DNA from: Candidatus Latescibacterota bacterium
GTDB lineage: Bacteria > Latescibacterota > UBA2968 > GCA-2709665
Reading direction: 5' to 3'
Assembly (NCBI GenBank): GCA_965203805.1
Contig: OZ241917.1
Span: forward strand, 4,576,001 to 4,640,000
Length of the DNA stretch: 64,000 nt
The translations under genes were made by a program, and so were the position numbers. The first letter of the stretch is position 1. Every line of letters starts with the position of its first letter. Below the pieces are notes generated by a model, which worked only from the letters and a program-made list of their open reading frames with translations, made no database searches and was not told where the DNA came from. Positions 28,096 to 36,977 of this stretch are shown piece after piece.

Positions 28096-30845
28096 TGCGT
28101 GTCATTTCGAAATCAGGATGGGCAGGAGTCTGCACACTCGCTGCCTCAGTGGCGGTTACATGGAGTTTGAGTTTCGGGAGTGAGCGCGTGAACATCCGGG
28201 ACCTGCTGCAGAACCGGGGGATCAGCGGAGCGTTGTTGAAAGCCGAACGCACGCATCCCTACCTTTTCTTCTCGGCCGAAGACGTGCCGCGTCTGCGCGA
28301 AATGGCCGGGCGGGAACCGTACCGGACGTGCGCCGAGGGAATCGTCCGGGCCGCCAGGCTGACGCTGAAAAACCCGATTCCGAAAGAACCTCCCGCGGGA
28401 GCGGCCGACAGCCGGTTACCCGATGGCAGTTACGACGAGTCGTTTCTGAAGGCGACCTACGACTTTCTGTCCTACGCGTACGCGATGCAATACTACGGCC
28501 CGCTGTACGCGTTCGCCTACCTGCTGACGGAGGAGGAGGTTTTCGCGCAGCGCGCCAAGGCGTGGGCGCTGGCGTACGCGGGTTGGGAGAACTGGGGTCC
28601 GGCGGCCGATCCGTGGGATATGGAGGCAGCCATGATCCTGTCGGGAGCGGTGATTGTCTACGATTGGATTCCCGATCGATTTTCCCCGGCGGAACGTGAA
28701 CGTCTGCTCGCGTGGTTGCGCGAGAAAGGGCGGAAGCTGTGCGAGAAGGATGCGTACTGGCTGACGCAGGACCCGGCGGCGCGACGCGGGTCGCTCGCGA
28801 ACAACCACAGATGGCGGAGCATACCGCTCGAGGGACTGGCGGGACTGGGGCTGCTCTACGAGGTCGAGGAGGCGAGGGACTGGCTGGATATGGGGCTGGT
28901 GCTCACGCGGGATTACCTGCTGCCGGCGGCCTATGGGAGAGACGGCGAACGGATGGAAGGACGGGGCTGGCTGGGGGTCTGCCTGAGCGACGGAGGGCGG
29001 TTCATGGAGGCGCTGGTCCGAAACGGAGGTCCGGACCTGTTCGATACCGGGCCGCTGCGGCGGTTGTCGCATTTTCTGATTTTCGGGATGGAGATGTACC
29101 GGTCGCGCGGGCATTACAACGAGCGGTCGGGCCTTCTGGCGCACGCCCGAAGGCTGCGGGATCCTGCGCTTCAATGGCTGGCCCTGAAGCACGATCTGGA
29201 GCCCGATATGGAGGGTTACCCGGCGTACTGGTACAACCGGGATAAAGTTCTCTATCAGCCTGAAACCCTTTATACGGTTTCTCTGCGTTGGGATGGCGGG
29301 ACCGGCGGGATGCAGATCGAAGTGAACGGCGTCGTACGGGACCGGCAGGAGATCGAACGCGTCGAAGGGATCGACAGGATCACGCTACAGGTCGAGGGCG
29401 ACCGGGTGGAGATCGTCTCTCTTGAGGTCCTTGACGCCGCCGGAAGTGTCGTGGATCGCCTGGATGGTCCGGTCGTGCTGACGGATGAACACGGGGAGAC
29501 GGCCCTCGGGTTCGGCAGCCTTGGCGCCGGCGAGATACGGGCTTCCCTCCGCAAGGACCGGTCCGACACGGGGCAGGCAGTGATGATGCTGACGTCCGGA
29601 GGGCGGCGTGTGAGGGGCATCGCATTTACAGATGTCCACGAGATCGTCAAGTCGGTTGAGGAGATGGACGGAACGTATACACTGGGAATTGCGGCGGCGA
29701 AGGGACTCTATTTCCACGGGCCCTGGGAGTTCCTGTTCTACGACGAGAGCCTGGCGCCGGCGGCCCCGAAGAAGGATGCGACCGGGTTTCACTTCCGGGA
29801 CCTGGGACTGGTGAAGTTGCACGACACGCTGCACGCGGACGGGGTGCACGTCACGTTCACGTCCGGTCCGGAAGTGAGTAAGGAGCAGGGGGACAAGAAT
29901 GCGTTTACGCTCACCGCGTTCGGGGAGCGGCTGTTGACACGGCCGCGGACGCCGAAGACGGGGGAGGCGGTGCTGACGCAGGCGCAGTACGATCTGACGG
30001 CGTGGTACGAGGGCACACCGGGGCGAAACACCATCCTGGTGGATGGACGGGGGCAACCGACGGTTCACGAGGAAAGTCCGGTGCCGCGTGAGTACGAGTT
30101 GCAGTGGCTGGGAGGAGAAGAGGTGGCGAAGAGCGGCCGCATCGAGGAAACCTTCTTCTCCGCGGACTACGATTACGTGCGAGGAGAGGCGGCGCGCGCG
30201 TACCGTCCCCTGCTGGAGACCTACCGTCGACATCTGATGTTCCTGAAGCCGCACGGCGATCCTGACCTGCGGTACCTGTTGCTGTTCGATGAGATCGAAA
30301 CCGCCGGAGGGCGGCCCAGACAGATCGAGTGGCGGCTGCTTAGCCCGTACGGAAATGTGACAATCACCGGCGCGACTTCCAGGATCGAGGGGCGCGCGGC
30401 AGCGTTACACGTGAAGCACCTCTGGCCGGAGGCGTCGACCGTCAGGATCGATTCCACGCCCGCGCCCCGTGATGCGGACCGGCTGCCCTATCTGCGGTTT
30501 CCGACGCTGGAGCCGGTCGAACGGGTACACTACCTTCATCTGCTGCAGCCGCTGCGTTCCGCTGAGGTGGAACCGGTCTCGGCGAAGCGGGTGACGGGGC
30601 GTGGCGGGATCGGCGTCCGGATAAGCGGCCCTGACGTGACCGCTCTGGCGGTCTTCAGGACGGGAGATGAAACAGTTACCGCGGGCGGGTTGACCACGGA
30701 TGCCCAGGCCAGTCTGGTGCGATGGGGAAAGGACGGCGGCGGGTCGGTCGTCCTGCACGGCGGCACGTTTGCCGAGCTGGACGGAAGACCTATCTTCAGT
30801 TCCGACGATGCGGTGAGCGTTCTGGTCGAGTTGCCGGTTGAGTAG
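28092..30845 (+). CDS. Secreted DUF4962/heparinase II/III-like protein (PL15/PL17/PL39-like oligo-lyase fold)
   Basis: Signal-like N-terminus from ATG 28092; HPYLFFS; LANNHRW; DG..EG..W; FRDLGLV; GDKNAFTLTAFGERLL; NTILVDGRGQ; YVRGEAARAY; RRHLMF. Confidence 0.75.
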   Translation: MMRVISKSGWAGVCTLAASVAVTWSLSFGSERVNIRDLLQNRGISGALLKAERTHPYLFFSAEDVPRLREMAGREPYRTCAEGIVRAARLTLKNPIPKEPPAGAADSRLPDGSYDESFLKATYDFLSYAYAMQYYGPLYAFAYLLTEEEVFAQRAKAWALAYAGWENWGPAADPWDMEAAMILSGAVIVYDWIPDRFSPAERERLLAWLREKGRKLCEKDAYWLTQDPAARRGSLANNHRWRSIPLEGLAGLGLLYEVEEARDWLDMGLVLTRDYLLPAAYGRDGERMEGRGWLGVCLSDGGRFMEALVRNGGPDLFDTGPLRRLSHFLIFGMEMYRSRGHYNERSGLLAHARRLRDPALQWLALKHDLEPDMEGYPAYWYNRDKVLYQPETLYTVSLRWDGGTGGMQIEVNGVVRDRQEIERVEGIDRITLQVEGDRVEIVSLEVLDAAGSVVDRLDGPVVLTDEHGETALGFGSLGAGEIRASLRKDRSDTGQAVMMLTSGGRRVRGIAFTDVHEIVKSVEEMDGTYTLGIAAAKGLYFHGPWEFLFYDESLAPAAPKKDATGFHFRDLGLVKLHDTLHADGVHVTFTSGPEVSKEQGDKNAFTLTAFGERLLTRPRTPKTGEAVLTQAQYDLTAWYEGTPGRNTILVDGRGQPTVHEESPVPREYELQWLGGEEVAKSGRIEETFFSADYDYVRGEAARAYRPLLETYRRHLMFLKPHGDPDLRYLLLFDEIETAGGRPRQIEWRLLSPYGNVTITGATSRIEGRAAALHVKHLWPEASTVRIDSTPAPRDADRLPYLRFPTLEPVERVHYLHLLQPLRSAEVEPVSAKRVTGRGGIGVRISGPDVTALAVFRTGDETVTAGGLTTDAQASLVRWGKDGGGSVVLHGGTFAELDGRPIFSSDDAVSVLVELPVE

Positions 30846-30917
30846 GCAATGGCGAAGATTCGCGTTGCGGGTTTTTGATTCGGATCTGGAACTGAGGTGT
30901 CCCGGAAGGGGCGTGCG

Positions 30918-33900
30918 ATGGCCGAGCGAGGGATCGACAGACTGAAGGAGATGCGCCTGACCACGGACCTGCGGGAGGGGGCGGAGATTGTGGCGCCGCC
31001 GGACCCGGACTGGGCGCCTCTCGGCAGGCGGCTTCAGGAGATGGTCCGCACGCATGCGGGTGTGGTGCTGCCTGTCGTGGATCCGTCCGCCCTGACGCCC
31101 CTGCCCGGCGGCCGGCACCGCGTCCTGTTGGGCAATGCGATGGTCAATGAATCGATCATGGCGCTGTACCGGCGGCAATACGCGTACGTGGACGAGTTCT
31201 ATCCGGGAGGGGACGGGTACGCGGTCCGGACGGTGCACAACCCCGAGAATTGCGGCCGCAACGTGCTGCTGGTCGGCGCAAGCAGCGTGGATGGCGCGGC
31301 CGCGGCGCTCGAGGTGCTGGAGGGCGTCCTGAAGGAGACCCGGGGGCGTCTGGGGTATACCAATCTGTCGCGTTCGGAGGTCCACGATGTGCTTCTGCCG
31401 GAGATGTCGCCGGATGCGTTCCGGGAGTGGGTGGCGGAGATGTACCGGGACAACCTCAGCTACTATCCGGTCGAGCAGGGGACGTTCCTGGGGCTGGTCC
31501 ACCATCTGACGAACGATCCCGGCTGCGCGCGGATGTTCCGGGACGCCCTGTTTTACTACGAGGACCTGGTGAGGAACCGCTACGGGGGGAACTGGCTGTT
31601 CGAGCATATGCTGTTCATCTATTCGTGGGCGTGGCGGCTGTTCATGGTCTGGGACCTCATCGAGGAGAGCGATGCGTTTACGGACGTGGAGCGCCTCCGC
31701 ATTACCAACGTGTTGTGGGGGCTCGCGAAGTACGTGGCCGGTACGCGCTATTTCGAGGGCGAGACGCCGCCCCCGCCTGAGATCCGGCAGAACCACTGGA
31801 CGTTCGCGGGGCTGAGCGGGTCGTTCTGCGCACGGTATTTCGAGGCGTATTACGGGGTCGGGGAGTTTGAGAAGCAGATCCGGTTCTCGCAGGCGGTTTT
31901 CGACGGTCAGGCGGACAGCTACAAGCCGAACGACGACGCGGGCGGCGGTTGGTGGGGCTACTGCTGGCTGGCGCCGTACCACCAGGTGATCTACGACTTG
32001 AAGCGGGACGACTTCCGCTTCCTGGAGAACGGCCAGCTCCGGGCCTTTGCCGACTACGGCATCCAGGTGACGGACAATCTCGGCGTTCCGGTGAGCTTCG
32101 GCGATATGTGGTCCTATGTCGAGCAGGGTCGCTACGCGGTGGCTCTCAAGAACAAGACCATCTCGCTCGAGCTGGCAATGGCCCTGTGTACGGCGGCCTG
32201 GTACTATGAGGACGGGAGCTATCTGTGGGCGCTGGACTGGATGGGCGGCGCGCCGTATCCGGGCTGCTTCTACCGCGCGCTGCCGAAGCGGGTGCCCGAC
32301 CGGCTGACCGGGGTCACCGTTGCGCCGTTCAACCGTTCGCTCTACGACTGGGTGGAGCGGCACGCGCCTGGCGGAGCGAACGTGCCGATCGACGATGCGT
32401 TCGACAAGCTGGTCCTGCGCGGCGGGTTCGACAGGGACGACGAATACCTGCTGCTGGACGGGACGTCGACGTTCGCGCACGGACACGAGGACGGCAACTC
32501 GATTGCGCGGCTGACGTGGAAGGGGCGGATGTGGCTTGCCGAGCTGGACTACATCTGGAAGCGCCCCCGGCACCACTGCTCGGTCGTTTCGATCTGCGGT
32601 GGTGAAACCGCGTCGATGCCGCCGCTGGTTGCGTTGAAGTGGGCCGATGCGTTCGGCGGGACGTCATTGACCCGCACGGTTGCGCCGGAATATAACGGCC
32701 TGGACTGGACGCGGGATATCTTCTGGGTGAAGGGCCGGTTCTTTCTGGTTGCGGACTCGCTGAGGCTGCTTCGTGACGCGGATTACGATCTCAGGTGCCT
32801 CTGGCGGACGCTTGGCGAAGTCCGGAATGACGGACGCGAGTTGACCGTGGAACAGGAGGGAGTGCACTTCCGGATTCTGAACGCGGACGATTCGGATGCG
32901 TCGCTTCTGACGGAAGAAGCGCGCGTTGCAGGAACCGACCCGTACGAATTGTACCCGTACGCGGACGGCCCGATCCGGATTTTCTGCCAGCACAAGGCGC
33001 TGCATGGTCGTCCCGGAGACGTGGAGCGGTTCTTCAACCTGATGGTGGCGGGGTCGGAGGCGGAGATCGATGCATGGCGAATCGAACGGATCGGCGAGGG
33101 CATGGTGAGGGTTGCCCATCCTGACGGGTCCACTGTTTTCGGCGTCGTCGATAAGGAGGTAAAGATCGGCGGTCTAAGGATTGCGGCCGAGGTCTTCGCG
33201 CTGACCGAATCGTCCATGGTGCTGCTCGACGCGACGGGTTTCCTGACGGATGAAGCCGCGTTCGAGAGCGAGATGCCGGTGCATCTGATTCTCTATCCCG
33301 GTGCGGGACACGGCGAGGTCCGCTTAAGCGAGTCGACCCGGGTGCGGATGGACGGACTTCGACTCGACGGGACGGCCGACCCCATACCGGACAGCCTTCC
33401 GGCCGGGACGCACGGGATCAGCGTCGGGAACGCACTCGAGGACGTACTTCGCGACGCCGTTCGGGCCGGCGCGCCCTACGTGCATCGGAGAGCACCGGGA
33501 GTACACGGATTTGTCCCGAAGGATACGTCGATCGCGCGTCTCTGGGAGGCGCGGGTCCAGGGGCCGGTCCGATGCGTGGACGTGAGGGGTGAATCGACGG
33601 CCGTCGGCACGGCGGGCGGGCAGGTGGTCCTTCTCGACCGGCAAGGACGGGTCCGTTGGACGCGCGAGACCGGCGCCGAGGTGCGTGCCGTGCGTCTCAC
33701 GGACATGGAGGAAGGACGGCTTCTGGCCGGCGGGCGGGACCGCGCGTTGACGATGTTCGATGCCGACGGGGAGATTAGCTGGATGCGGTCGTTTTCGGAG
33801 TCTCACGGGGTGGATCAGAACGTGAATGCGGTGACGACGGCGGACCTGACCGGCGATGGAAGACCGGTGATCCTGACGGCGACCGACGGGTGGCTGGTAT

Positions 33901-34589
33901 GGGCGCTGGCGCCGGATGGCGAGGAGGTCTGGCAGCGGCAGATCGAACACCACGCCGCGCGCACCCTGGTGGTCGGCGACGTGGAGGGAGACGGCAAGCA
34001 GGAGATTCTGGTGGGCGCCGAATATTACACCTCGAATCTGCTGGAGGCCGACGGGAGGATCCGGTGGACGGTGAACGGAGGGCCCTGCTTTTCGGCGCTG
34101 GGCCTCGCGGACCTGAATGGCGACGGGGTGAAGGAATCGGTCTACGGGGCGATGGACGGCAACGTCTACGCGGTGGATTCCATGTCCGGAAAGATCCTCT
34201 GGACGGCCAACCTGGGAGACGACGTCCGGCACGGCGTGTCGGTCGGCGGGGACGGAATCGCGGCAGGGAGCGAGAGCGGTCACGTGGCGCTCCTGAACGG
34301 CCGGGGCGGGAAGCGCTGGCGACGGGACCTGGACGGAGGGGTAACCGGATTGGTCCTTCTGAATGCCGAAGGCCGGGATGTGATCGTTGCGGGAACCTCC
34401 GACGGGTGGATCGTCTTCCTGTCCATCGATGGGGAGGTGATCGGCAGTCACCGCCTGGAATCCGGCGTAACTGTATTGACCCCTCTGACACTGCCCGGGG
34501 CGCCCGGTCTGCTGGTGGGGACGGACGGCGGCGGTCTGAGCGCCCTGAGTCCCTGTCCAACGTCTTTCGATTTGCGCATCACACCCTGA
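30918..34589 (+). CDS. Heparinase II/III-like protein with FG-GAP/PQQ beta-propeller, divergent paralog 5
   Basis: HRVLLGN...YPGGDGYAVRTVHNP; IRQNHW; KPNDD; FDKLVLRGGF..YLLLDG...HGHEDGNSI; DLTGDG, DVEGDG and DLNGDG blades. No signal peptide. Confidence 0.7.
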   Translation: MAERGIDRLKEMRLTTDLREGAEIVAPPDPDWAPLGRRLQEMVRTHAGVVLPVVDPSALTPLPGGRHRVLLGNAMVNESIMALYRRQYAYVDEFYPGGDGYAVRTVHNPENCGRNVLLVGASSVDGAAAALEVLEGVLKETRGRLGYTNLSRSEVHDVLLPEMSPDAFREWVAEMYRDNLSYYPVEQGTFLGLVHHLTNDPGCARMFRDALFYYEDLVRNRYGGNWLFEHMLFIYSWAWRLFMVWDLIEESDAFTDVERLRITNVLWGLAKYVAGTRYFEGETPPPPEIRQNHWTFAGLSGSFCARYFEAYYGVGEFEKQIRFSQAVFDGQADSYKPNDDAGGGWWGYCWLAPYHQVIYDLKRDDFRFLENGQLRAFADYGIQVTDNLGVPVSFGDMWSYVEQGRYAVALKNKTISLELAMALCTAAWYYEDGSYLWALDWMGGAPYPGCFYRALPKRVPDRLTGVTVAPFNRSLYDWVERHAPGGANVPIDDAFDKLVLRGGFDRDDEYLLLDGTSTFAHGHEDGNSIARLTWKGRMWLAELDYIWKRPRHHCSVVSICGGETASMPPLVALKWADAFGGTSLTRTVAPEYNGLDWTRDIFWVKGRFFLVADSLRLLRDADYDLRCLWRTLGEVRNDGRELTVEQEGVHFRILNADDSDASLLTEEARVAGTDPYELYPYADGPIRIFCQHKALHGRPGDVERFFNLMVAGSEAEIDAWRIERIGEGMVRVAHPDGSTVFGVVDKEVKIGGLRIAAEVFALTESSMVLLDATGFLTDEAAFESEMPVHLILYPGAGHGEVRLSESTRVRMDGLRLDGTADPIPDSLPAGTHGISVGNALEDVLRDAVRAGAPYVHRRAPGVHGFVPKDTSIARLWEARVQGPVRCVDVRGESTAVGTAGGQVVLLDRQGRVRWTRETGAEVRAVRLTDMEEGRLLAGGRDRALTMFDADGEISWMRSFSESHGVDQNVNAVTTADLTGDGRPVILTATDGWLVWALAPDGEEVWQRQIEHHAARTLVVGDVEGDGKQEILVGAEYYTSNLLEADGRIRWTVNGGPCFSALGLADLNGDGVKESVYGAMDGNVYAVDSMSGKILWTANLGDDVRHGVSVGGDGIAAGSESGHVALLNGRGGKRWRRDLDGGVTGLVLLNAEGRDVIVAGTSDGWIVFLSIDGEVIGSHRLESGVTVLTPLTLPGAPGLLVGTDGGGLSALSPCPTSFDLRITP

Positions 34590-34674
34590 TCCCATAAATT
34601 GGGAGGCCTTTGTACCGCCGCCCGATCGACTTGTCATCGCGCCTGCTATACACCCGATTTCGGAGAAATGCACA

Positions 34675-35616
34675 ATGAAATTCGCACTCGTCCTGAGTCC
34701 TCTCGATGAAGAACGAATGGCTCTTGCCCGCCAGATCGGCGTGACCGACCTGGTAACGACACTTCCCAATGGCGGCCCGATCTGGGACTTTGATGCCATT
34801 GTACACCACAAGCAGCGCATTGCCGACGCAGGTCTCACGTGGTCCGTGGTGGAGTCGGTCCCGATCTCGAACCGCATCACGCTGGGTCTGGACGGCCGGG
34901 ACGAGGACATCGACGCGTACTGCCAGACCATCCGCAACCTGGGCGCGGCAGGTATCGGGATCATGTGCTGGAACTGGATGGCCGTGTTCAACTGGATGCG
35001 CACGTCCTTTACCACGCGCGGCCGGGGCGATGCGTTTGTGAGCAGCTACGATAACACGCTGATGCAGGACGCGCCCCCAACGCAGTACGGGGAAGTGAGC
35101 GAAGCGGTGCTCTGGGAAACCCTGGAGTATTTCCTGGAAAGGGTCATCCCCGTGGCCGAGGAAGCCGGCGTCAGGCAGGCGCTGCATCCCGACGATCCGC
35201 CCCTATCGCCCGTTCGTGGGATCGGCCGAATCATCACCAGCGTGGACGCGTTCCAGCGCGTCGTCGACATGGTTCCCAGCGACTACAACGGAATTACCTT
35301 CTGCCAGGGCAACTTCGCGGCCATGGGCGCGGACGTGCCGGCCGCCATCCGCCGGTTTGCGGACAAGATCCACTTCTCCCACTTCCGCGACGTCAGAGGC
35401 ACCGTGCCCAGCTTCGAGGAAACCTTCCACGACGAGGGCGACACGGACATGGCGGAGTGCATCCGGGCGTACAGGGACATCGGATTCACCGGGCCCATCC
35501 GTCCCGACCACGTCCCGGTTCTGTCCGGGGAGGCAAACGACCCGCCCGGCTACACCCTGATGGGCAGGCTCTATGCCGTCGGCTATATGAAAGGCCTGTT
35601 GGACGGCACGGCCTGA
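34675..35616 (+). CDS. uxuA: Mannonate dehydratase
   Basis: ARQIGVT, WSVVESVP, NWMAVFNWMRT, FLERVIPVAEEAGV, ALHPDDPP, HFRDVRG, IRPDHVP, PGYTLMGRLYAVGYMKGL. Confidence 0.9.
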   Translation: MKFALVLSPLDEERMALARQIGVTDLVTTLPNGGPIWDFDAIVHHKQRIADAGLTWSVVESVPISNRITLGLDGRDEDIDAYCQTIRNLGAAGIGIMCWNWMAVFNWMRTSFTTRGRGDAFVSSYDNTLMQDAPPTQYGEVSEAVLWETLEYFLERVIPVAEEAGVRQALHPDDPPLSPVRGIGRIITSVDAFQRVVDMVPSDYNGITFCQGNFAAMGADVPAAIRRFADKIHFSHFRDVRGTVPSFEETFHDEGDTDMAECIRAYRDIGFTGPIRPDHVPVLSGEANDPPGYTLMGRLYAVGYMKGLLDGTA

Positions 35617-35679
35617 GGCACTCGCCCTGACCTCTTTAGCTCAAAAACCGGAACTTATATGGATGGACAGGAGGAAAAC

Positions 35680-35846
35680 CAAAGAGCACGAGAAAGGCAC
35701 GAGAAAACGAGGAAAACCAAAAAGCGCGGCAAAGGCGCGAGAGAACGCGTAACGGCAATGCATGAGAAAGCAAGTCACTGCAGGGCCACGGTGTTACGAG
35801 ACACGCCGTTCCGCACCGGTGCCTTCTGTGCCTTTCTTTTGTGGCC
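35680..35846. repeat. Intergenic inverted pair of short tandem purine/pyrimidine repeats
   Basis: GCACGAGAAAGGCACGAGAA near 35686 versus GTGCCTTCTGTGCCTTTCTTTTGTGGC near 35819, an imperfect reverse complement. Confidence 0.5.
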
Positions 35847-35908
35847 AATTTGACGGTTATCTTTTCTCGAATTAACCTCAGACCCGTCGACGGCAGGATC
35901 GACAATCC

Positions 35909-36877
35909 ATGCGCGACATCAGAATCGGCGCCGCCCAGTTCGAAGCGAGAGACGCCGACAAGTCCTACAACCTTTCCCGGATCGAGGCGCTCACGAGGCG
36001 GGCCGTCGACGAGGGCGCCGAAATCGTCTCCTTCCACGAATGCTGCATTCCCGGTTACACCTTTCTGCAGACCCTTTCACGCACCCGCATCGCCGAACTG
36101 GCGGAACCCGTTCCGGGCGGCCCCTCCACGAAACGCCTGATCGAGATCGCAAGGGAGTACAATGTCTCCGTGCTGGCCGGACTTGTGGAAACGGAAAATG
36201 ACGCATTGTACAACACTTACGTCGCCGTGAATCCGGACGGTTACGTCGCGAAGCATCGCAAGCTGCACGCCTTCATCAGCAAATTCATTGACTCGGGTGA
36301 CACGTTCACCGTCTTCGACCTCTGCGGCTGCCGCGCCGGCATCCTGATCTGTTATGACAACAACCTGCCCGAGAACGTGCGACTTACCGCCATGATGGGC
36401 GCCGAAATCGTGTTCATGCCGCACGTCACCTGCGGGCTCCCATCCGCCATGCCCGGCCGGGGCGTCATCGACCGCGCCCTCTGGGAGAACCGTCATCGCG
36501 ATCCCGTTTCCCTCCGCCAGGAGTTCAATGGGCCCAAGGGGCGAGGGTGGCTGATGCGCTGGCTGCCGGCGCGGGCGTACGAAAACGGCGTCTACGCCGT
36601 GTACACGAATCCCATTGGGATCGATCACGATACCGTCAAAAACGGCAATGCCATGATCCTGGACCCGTTCGGCGAGATCGTGATCGAGTCCGATGCGCTC
36701 GAGGACGACGTGGTGGTGGGGTTGCTCGCCCCCGAAAAAATACCGGTCTCCTCCGGGTACCGCTATCTGCGGGCGCGCCGACCCGACCTCTACGGAAAGC
36801 TGGCGGAACCCCTGCCGCCCGGCATGCAGGGAGGCACGAATCCGGGGTGGAAACTGAAGGAACCCAATGATGGCTAG
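35909..36877 (+). CDS. Nitrilase-superfamily carbon-nitrogen hydrolase
   Basis: Catalytic triad motifs FHEC (Glu), HRKLH (Lys), ILICYDN (Cys). Also ARAYENG, ILDPFGE, RARRPDLY. Confidence 0.92.
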   Translation: MRDIRIGAAQFEARDADKSYNLSRIEALTRRAVDEGAEIVSFHECCIPGYTFLQTLSRTRIAELAEPVPGGPSTKRLIEIAREYNVSVLAGLVETENDALYNTYVAVNPDGYVAKHRKLHAFISKFIDSGDTFTVFDLCGCRAGILICYDNNLPENVRLTAMMGAEIVFMPHVTCGLPSAMPGRGVIDRALWENRHRDPVSLRQEFNGPKGRGWLMRWLPARAYENGVYAVYTNPIGIDHDTVKNGNAMILDPFGEIVIESDALEDDVVVGLLAPEKIPVSSGYRYLRARRPDLYGKLAEPLPPGMQGGTNPGWKLKEPNDG

Positions 36878-36878
36878 G

Positions 36879-36921
36879 CCCTTCGCCGACCCTTCGACAA
36901 GCTCAGGGAGCGGCTCAGTGC
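36879..36921. repeat. CCCTTCGACAAGCTCAGGG-type small REP-like repeat, nested in a degenerate copy
   Basis: CCCTTCGACAAGCTCAGGG at 36890-36908, flanked by CCCTTCGCCGA and CGGCTCAGTG. Confidence 0.55.
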
Positions 36922-36977
36922 CCGGATCGGCTATCCCTCTCCAACTGGCGCTTACCAGGACCCATTGAAAGGAAAAG

